Below, in pieces: positions 50,240 to 64,000 of a DNA stretch of 64,000 nt. The stretch comes from the human T2T-CHM13v2.0 reference genome, Homo sapiens: the NCBI RefSeq assembly GCF_009914755.1, contig NC_060930.1, one strand, 5' to 3'. Under the pieces are notes generated by a model that made no database searches, was not told the DNA's origin, and saw nothing but the letters and a program-made list of their open reading frames with translations. The position numbers were made by a program, and so were the translations under genes. Every line of letters starts with the position of its first letter. The first letter of the stretch is position 1.

Positions 50240-50829
50240 TGAGGATGGTCTTGAACTCCTGAGCTCAAGTGATCTGCCTGCCTCGGCCTCCCAAAGTGCT
50301 GGGATTACAGGCGTGAGCCATCGCCGCCTGGCTGAAGTATTGTTAACCCTAAAATTCCTCCTCCTTTTAATATTATTGGTACCACAGACTCTACCTTTTA
50401 TCCATAGACAGGAAAAATCACAAAACATTTAACTTTTTGCTTTTTTGTTTACTATTTAGTGAATGTCTTACACTTTGGTGACCCTTGTGTTTAGCCTCTT
50501 TACAAAGACACATGGTGAGGTGCTGAAAGAGAATGAGCCTCCCTCTTTCAGTGTGTGACCTTGAATGCTGGGTTGTCCTGACACTTACTCATCAGAAAGT
50601 GACCTGTGCCCATGGCACTCTTTCCGGTTGGACTAGTTACATGGCAACACGAGGCCTTTAGCTGCCACCAGTATCAGTATCAATAGTGCCAAAATCGAGA
50701 AATTGGTGCTAGATCCTTAGGATCAGTGATGAGTAAGCAGTCATGGTTCCTGCCCCCCCTAGTATCATGTGGAAGAAATATTAAAAATATAATAATGTCC
50801 TGAGGGAAATCAGACACTACTCTAGAGTC

Positions 50830-51430
<601 letters not shown>

Positions 51431-52129
51431 TCACGCAGCCTCCGCCTTCTGGGACTTCAGGCGCGAGCCACCACGCCCAGCTAATTTTTTGTATTTTTAG
51501 TAGAGACGGGGTTTCACCATCTTAGCCATGCTGGTCTCCAACTCCTGACCTCAAGTGATCCACCTGCCTTGGCCTCCCAAAGTGCTGGGATTACAGGTGA
51601 AAGCCACCGGCCCGACCTACTGTTTTTCAGGATTCTATATAGACTGGGAGGGAAGAACGCAAATTCCGGGCGATGAGAGCTGCATAAGGGTTTTATTTTT
51701 ATTCTTTTTTTTTCTTTTCTTTTCTTTTTGTTTTTTTGAGACGGAGTCTTGCTCTGTCGCCCAGGCTGGTGGGCAGTGGCGCGATCTCGGCTCACTGTAA
51801 CCTCCGCCCAAGACGGGGTTTCGCCGTGTTGGCCAGGCTGATCTCGAACTCCTGACCTCAGGTGATCCTCCCGTCTCGGCCTCCCTCCCAAAGTGCTGGG
51901 ATTACAGGCGTGAGCCACCGCGCCCGGCCTGTGTAACGGTTTTAGACGGGAAGGAAGCATGTTGTAGTTTTCGGTCCAGCAGTAATAGTAACAAACATAG
52001 TGCTGACAGACACTGCTAAACGCTTTATCTAATCTCCTGTAATCCTCGTAACGCCATTAGGTAGACCTATTATTACTGTACACCCATTTTATGGGTAATG
52101 AAGCCGCAGTATAGAGGGGTTAAATAACG

Positions 52130-53000
52130 TGTTCAAGGACGCATCGACGGGGCCAAGCAGACGGAATTGCAGCTACCTGCTTTACCACTCTAAGTCCTCA
52201 ACAAACACTTCCACCTACACGTGAGAGCCAAAGCCATAGCCTCCAAGTTTTTCCACAGAGCGAAAATGTTTCGCGGAGTTTGCCTGTCTTCCTCCCCAGA
52301 GACGCAGCACAGCCGCGCCGGAAGTGCGGCGCCGTAGCTAGGAGCGGACGCCATAGGTGCATTGTGGGAAGCACTTTGCTGTCCACAGCCAGGCCGCTTG
52401 TGATGAAACTGTAACTTACAAGAAAAGGGCTGGGTTTTGAAAATAACACAGGCTCTAAAAACCCTAAGAAGCGGTGCAACTTTTGGCAGGAATCGGGGTT
52501 AGCGGGACCTCAAGGGCTCACTGCGGCTAAGTGAACGCTGACTGGTCCTCCAGCGTGAGCTAGAACAGACGTCTCTATGGTCAAGTAAACAGAGCGTGTG
52601 CTGTCTTCCCCATGTGGTGGGGTTGCGCATGATCAGTAGCTGCACCACTAGAAAGATGGCGGAGCAAGAGTGAGTGTTTGGGGCTTTGAATATCTGGAGT
52701 GGGGTCTTGAGTATCCGGTGCCATCCACGGTGTTTATGCCTTGGTGGCGGATTCCTGTGGGCTCTAGGAATAGAAAAGGCCACAGTTTACAAAGGGTGGG
52801 GGTGAGGAGGAGTAGCGCTGTGGCGGAGGAGGGAGGGGACCGCGGTCAAGTTCGGGTTATCTGGAGAGGCGAGGATTGACTTCAGGCAGCGGGCTGGAGT
52901 GCCACAGTTGAATTCACCCAGCCCGACAAGTGTTAACTCTGCAGATAGGCCTGCCCCCGCCCCAACCCCATAGATTCGTCGCTGCTAGTGCCTATGAAGA
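52130..53000 (+). promoter_or_regulatory. RPL7L1: RPL7L1 CpG-rich, TATA-less promoter/5' region
   Basis: CpG-dense. ETS/GABP CCGGAAGTG 52318-52326; ZNF143 SBS GCATTGTGGGAA 52359-52370; YY1 AAGATGGCGG 52653-52662 overlapping the second ATG. Confidence 0.85.
52629..52669 (+). CDS. RPL7L1: RPL7L1 coding exon 1 (MISSCTTRK-MAEQE; second in-frame ATG at 52656)
   Basis: ATG at 52629 and 52656 in frame; donor CAAGA|gtgagt; phase 2 fits next exon. Confidence 0.9.
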
Positions 53001-53167
53001 ACTGTGGCCGTGAAAACCCTGTTAACTTATACGAACCCAGAGGCTAAAGGATTCATTATTTTCCGAGGCTTTGGGGATGAGTGACTATTAGGGATGGATT
53101 TATGAGGCCTGGAGTCAGAAACCGCAGGTTTCAGGGGAATCTTTCTTCAGATACTTGAAAACAGTAA

Positions 53168-53543
<376 letters not shown>

Positions 53544-53578
53544 TAAATGTTATCTCTGATCTCAATTTTCTGCATCAG

Positions 53579-53684
53579 GCAAAGAAAAATCCCTTTGGTT
53601 CCAGAAAATCTCCTGAAAAAGAGGAAGGCTTATCAAGCCCTCAAAGCCACCCAGGCAAAGCAGGCACTTTTGGCAAAGAAGGAG
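53579..53684 (+). CDS. RPL7L1: RPL7L1 coding exon 2
   Basis: catcag|GCAAAG ... AAGGAG|gtaatg; [35 protein letters not shown] (uL30/L7 N-terminal VPE.LLKKRK motif). Confidence 0.96.
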
Positions 53685-53803
53685 GTAATGGTGGGGAACC
53701 AAGAGAAAGTAATTAGAATTTTTATTTGGTGAGTTTTATCCCGCATGTGTTGGACTACATTTGGTATTGACGAGCTCCCCCCAACGGTTTGACAGACCAG
53801 GTA

Positions 53804-55840
<2,037 letters not shown>

Positions 55841-56168
55841 TATATGGTTTATGTCTTCATTTAGCAAATATTTAACACCTGCAGGCAAATGCTGGCGTGG
55901 AGTTTAAGGAAACTTGTTAGTAAACACTGATTAATATGTAAACTAATTTTTTGTTCGTTATTTTTCCCAATAATTCCCAAGTTTCCTCAACTCCACCTTT
56001 ACTTTGGTTTCTCATTTTTCCTTTATATGAAAATAGAGAATGTTGCTTTGCTTCGCATTGTGGAACACGGGGAAATAAGCTATATCAGTTGTCACTTATG
56101 AATTACTGTTCTAAAAGTAAAAATGTATGGAGGCACAAGATGATGATGATGGTCTGTCTTCTCTGTAG

Positions 56169-56332
56169 CAGAAGAAAGGAAAAGGGCTCAGGTTTAAGCG
56201 ACTGGAATCATTCCTACATGATTCCTGGCGGCAGAAACGTGACAAGGTGCGTCTCAGACGACTAGAAGTGAAACCTCATGCCTTGGAATTGCCAGATAAA
56301 CATTCCTTGGCCTTTGTTGTACGCATCGAAAG
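56169..56332 (+). CDS. RPL7L1: RPL7L1 coding exon 3
   Basis: ctctgtag|CAGAAG ... GAAAG|gtaagg; [54 protein letters not shown](R). Confidence 0.96.
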
Positions 56333-56499
56333 GTAAGGAACTGGTGTCTTTCTAATTGCATGAGGCTGGGGCAAAGTGTTGCTTAAGCTTTAGACCCCTT
56401 TCTAGGGAGATAATATGCCCCAAGCCACTCAGGCAAATTGTGCTAGGATGTCAGGGTTGAGCACAATTTAGTCTGCAATATTTGGAAGACCTTAGACAG

Positions 56500-57290
56500 A
56501 TAGGCTTGAAAATAAGTGCTATGAGGGTAAAGTGCTCACTAGGGAGAGGGGTTGAGGACACCCTCTCTAAAGCAGGAACTTCAACCTGAGACCTGAAAGA
56601 TGTGAAAGGCGTTCACCAGTGTTGGGAGATTTTTCAGGCATACGTGCTGAAGTCCTGAGGTAGGGAAAGCAAGGCATCATTCTAGGAACTGAAACAAGGC
56701 TGAGTGGATGAAGCATATTCAGTGAAGGGGAGACATTTTTCCTCATTTAGTGGAACTTTCCCAACCCCCTGCCCACCCCATGTACAACTCTACTTCTTGC
56801 TGTTTCCCCTACCCAATCACCCAAACCAGAAACCTGTGGATTTTGCATGTTTATGAGCTCTGTCCTTTGTAGCCCTCTACCACTGCTCATATTTTTCCTG
56901 AACTATTGTATTAACCTTCCTCCTGGATTTCCTTGCCTCTAGTGTCATACTGTGATCTGTCCCATACACTGCCCTTGGTGATTGTCAGAAAGAAATCTGG
57001 TCTGGTCTCTTCTGCTTAAAATCTTCAGTAGCTTTTACTGCCCATAGAAGCACATCCAGCTTCCTTAGCTGGACATGTGTAGACCTACATACCACCACTC
57101 CGCCTACCCCTGAAACACACACAAGTTCAATTTCCATAGCATTCCAGGCACTGCTCCACATTATGAAAAGGATCTGTTTTCATAACCGCCTCCCACTAAA
57201 CTGAGCTCTTTAAGGCATAGTCTCTGTGTCTTATTCCAGATTACCCAGTGTAGTGACCTCGCATGTTGTGCTTGCTGGACTGACATAAAC
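56500..57290. mobile_element. L2 relics in RPL7L1 intron 3
   Basis: aataagtgctatgagg ... ctgagacctgaaagatg and cccaaaccagaaacctg ... ctgcttaaaatcttcagtagc ... actaaactgagctc. Confidence 0.55.
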
Positions 57291-57330
57291 TGGAGGGAGT
57301 CTGTCTGACTTCTGTTGCTGTTCATTTCAG

Positions 57331-57468
57331 GATTGACGGCGTGAGTTTACTGGTGCAGAGAACCATTGCAAGACTTCGCCTAAAGAAAATTTTTAGTGGT
57401 GTCTTTGTAAAAGTCACCCCCCAGAATCTAAAAATGCTGCGTATAGTGGAACCTTATGTGACCTGGGG
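57331..57468 (+). CDS. RPL7L1: RPL7L1 coding exon 4
   Basis: catttcag|GATTGA ... TGGGG|gtaagt; [45 protein letters not shown](G), uL30 core. Confidence 0.97.
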
Positions 57469-57765
57469 GTAAGTAAGGTTTTCCATGTGAATTCACATTA
57501 GATTTCTATTTGAGTGTGTCAGGGTGCACCGGGTATTGCTTTCCAGGGCTCATGTTGCTGTAGAAGGGACATTTTGCTGTGACCACAGTCAACCTGAAAT
57601 CAGTGGGTAGCTGTAATAACCATGGGACACAGGGTAGGGAGGGGTCTGAACAATACCATAGTAGGGCTGGTTCAGTCATAGGCTAAGGCTGGGTCAAGGA
57701 AAGCTTGGTTCTTGAAAGTCTTAAAGCAGAGCTAAAGGCAGTGCATGTGTAAGAGTAGTATTCCT

Positions 57766-58380
<615 letters not shown>

Positions 58381-58690
58381 TCACCTAAGGCCAGAGTCGT
58401 AGCCCCTAAGGTAAGCTAGGACATGGTTTCTGTTTTGTTTTTGTTGGCAATATTTTCCCTGGTGAACATTTACATCCATAAATTTAAATTTCTAATTATG
58501 TAAGTGGGGTCACTTCAGTTCTTTATCAGGAGTATTTCCAAGCATTTCAGCTGGAATGTGATTGCAGAACACTTGCTCGTTGGGAGAAGTGAGTGTGTGG
58601 GAGAACCTCTCCAACCTCTCAGCCAGGCTGCAGGACTGGTATGTAGTGTGCCAGGTGCTGGTGAAAACCGTGCTTTATTTTCCTACATAG

Positions 58691-58800
58691 ATTTCCAAAT
58701 CTGAAGTCTGTCCGAGAACTCATTTTGAAACGTGGACAAGCCAAGGTCAAGAATAAGACCATCCCTCTGACAGACAATACAGTGATTGAGGAGCACCTGG
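58691..58800 (+). CDS. RPL7L1: RPL7L1 coding exon 5
   Basis: tacatag|ATTTCC ... CACCTGG|gtgagt; [36 protein letters not shown](G). Confidence 0.97.
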
Positions 58801-58972
58801 GTGAGTGCTACAGCTTAGGGGTCAGCTGGGGCAGAAAGCCAGGGTCTTTGAAGCTTTGATGTGAGATTCAGGTTGTATTCTTCTTGGGGCCCCAAGAGTC
58901 TGCCAGAGTGGCCAGCTTAGTATATGCTGGATACATGTTAAATAAAGGAATCTGTGCTTTTGTGTTTCTTAG

Positions 58973-59181
58973 GGAAGTTTGGCGTCATTTGCTTGGAAGA
59001 CCTCATTCATGAAATTGCCTTCCCAGGGAAGCATTTCCAGGAGATCTCATGGTTCTTGTGCCCTTTCCACCTCTCAGTGGCCCGTCATGCTACCAAAAAT
59101 AGAGTGGGCTTCCTCAAGGAGATGGGCACACCTGGCTATCGGGGTGAACGCATCAATCAGCTCATCCGTCAGCTGAACTAG
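58973..59181 (+). CDS. RPL7L1: RPL7L1 last coding exon; ribosomal protein uL30-like (L7-like 1, Rlp7-type biogenesis factor)
   Basis: ttcttag|GGAAGT; [16 protein letters not shown]...[15 protein letters not shown]. Exons total 768 nt = 255 aa + stop. Confidence 0.97.
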
Positions 59182-59391
59182 ACCCAGGTGAGGCAGGGCT
59201 GAAAACTGCCCTTGGGCTGACTTTTGATAGGCCATGCCTTGCCACTTTACAAGTTCTTTTTGCATTTACTAGTATTTAAGAGTAACCTTGAGATTGGGAG
59301 GAATAGAGGAGGCTGGTACAAATAGATGGAGACCTGCTGGGATCAGTGAATGCCTGATTAGGACATGGGGCTATGCATAGCCTAAGAGTTA

Positions 59392-62178
<2,787 letters not shown>

Positions 62179-62508
62179 TGCCAGCGTATGAGGTAATTAG
62201 ATTGGTTCTCTCCAGAGGTAACCTGCCAAGAAGAGATGCTATAGATGTTACTCCTATACTGTAAAACATTGTGAAATCAGATTACTTTAAAATGATGTAT
62301 TACAAAGTTATGCAAAAAAGCAGTTGTGACTATGGAAGCCCAAGGCTTATATCCCAGCTCTGTCTTACACTAAATATGGGTACAGTGTTTCCACTCTGTC
62401 CATAAAATGGGAGCTAATATTCTCCAACCTGTGTGCCTGACATGATGGTTAAAGGGATTAAACAAAACAATAGTTTGTAATTTATTCTGTCAGAGCAAAC
62501 TGCTGGTA

Positions 62509-62592
62509 AATAAAAGGGACTAAGTTGACGAAAAATAAATTTTAAAAAACCTAATAAAACAAGTTTGTAATTTATAATTGTATACAAATAAA
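62509..62592 (+). terminator. Distal poly(A) signal cluster, RPL7L1
   Basis: Four AATAAA at 62509, 62534, 62553 and 62587. Confidence 0.65.
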
Positions 62593-62997
62593 AGATGTTA
62601 CAAAAATTGCGCACTTATATGTATGTACCATGACATAACTAATTCGTTGAACAAGTTGTGAGACAATCCTTTCTGAGAAAAGGTAGACCTGTTACATCGT
62701 CTGTGGGTTAGGGTCATGTCAGCACGTACCAGGTACATTCTAGCTTTTGTAGAGAAAGTAAAATCTAGTGTTGAGTATGTAGGCACTGAGCCAGGTGGCC
62801 TGCTTAACATAAAAGGACTGATTTCAGGGTGGCTGTGGGAGCCTTTCTAATGCTCTAATTCTCTAGCCCCTTGCCTGATCCAGCTGATTCCAAGAGCCAA
62901 GATTTTAGTCTTTCTTGGTTGGCTTTTTTAAATGCTTTGGGCTTTCCTTTAATGTATCTTCAAAATCATTCTGGGGCCAAGTTACATCATAAAACAT

Positions 62998-63003
62998 TTT
63001 ATT
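62998..63003 (-). terminator. Poly(A) signal of C6orf226/PEX39
   Basis: TTTATT on + (AATAAA on -), about 200 nt after the stop codon. Confidence 0.7.
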
Positions 63004-63139
63004 ACATATAAGGACTGAAACAGGATTTTTCTTAACTGTAACATGGTCCACAAATGTAAATGCAAAACCCCCATGGTGGTTGCAGGAGCAAGTCTAGTTG
63101 AGACAGGTCAGGACGAAAGCATAAAAGATGAGTAACTGA

Positions 63140-64000
<861 letters not shown>

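Noticed and set aside
58941-58946. AATAAA inside the last RPL7L1 intron
   Set aside because: It lies in a 172-nt intron close to a strong donor, and cleavage would fall in the polypyrimidine tract; probably unused.

Overview
Primate (almost certainly human, chr6p21.1) genomic DNA with three protein-coding genes in an Alu-saturated background. (1) The 3' part of BICRAL (GLTSCR1L/KIAA0240, a non-canonical BAF/GBAF subunit) on +: eight coding exons that splice in frame to 1026 aa, starting with a 1680-nt exon and ending in an Alu-free 3' UTR of about 3 kb. The N-terminal exons lie upstream of the window. (2) The complete RPL7L1 gene on +: six coding exons, 255 aa from the first ATG or 246 aa from the second, with a CpG-rich promoter and an Alu-containing 3' UTR. 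(3) Intronless C6orf226/PEX39 on - (101 aa, KPWE motif), convergent with RPL7L1. By eye there are about 80 Alu copies or fragments (roughly a third of the window), plus L1, L2, MIR, MER5 and MER2 relics. Nearly all short ORFs in the supplied track are Alu artefacts. This is a known locus and I see no wholly new system. The best leads are: an Alu-flanked, stop-free, 3n-length BICRAL exon (circRNA/rolling-circle ORF candidate), a polyadenylation switch controlling inverted-Alu dsRNA in the RPL7L1 3' UTR, a uORF overlapping the RPL7L1 start codon, a candidate BICRAL poison exon, a duplicated ~190-bp intronic element with a tRNA-like core, and a palindrome-rich insertion scar. Exon coordinates were read by hand; repeat boundaries are approximate (+/-20 nt) and subfamily names tentative.
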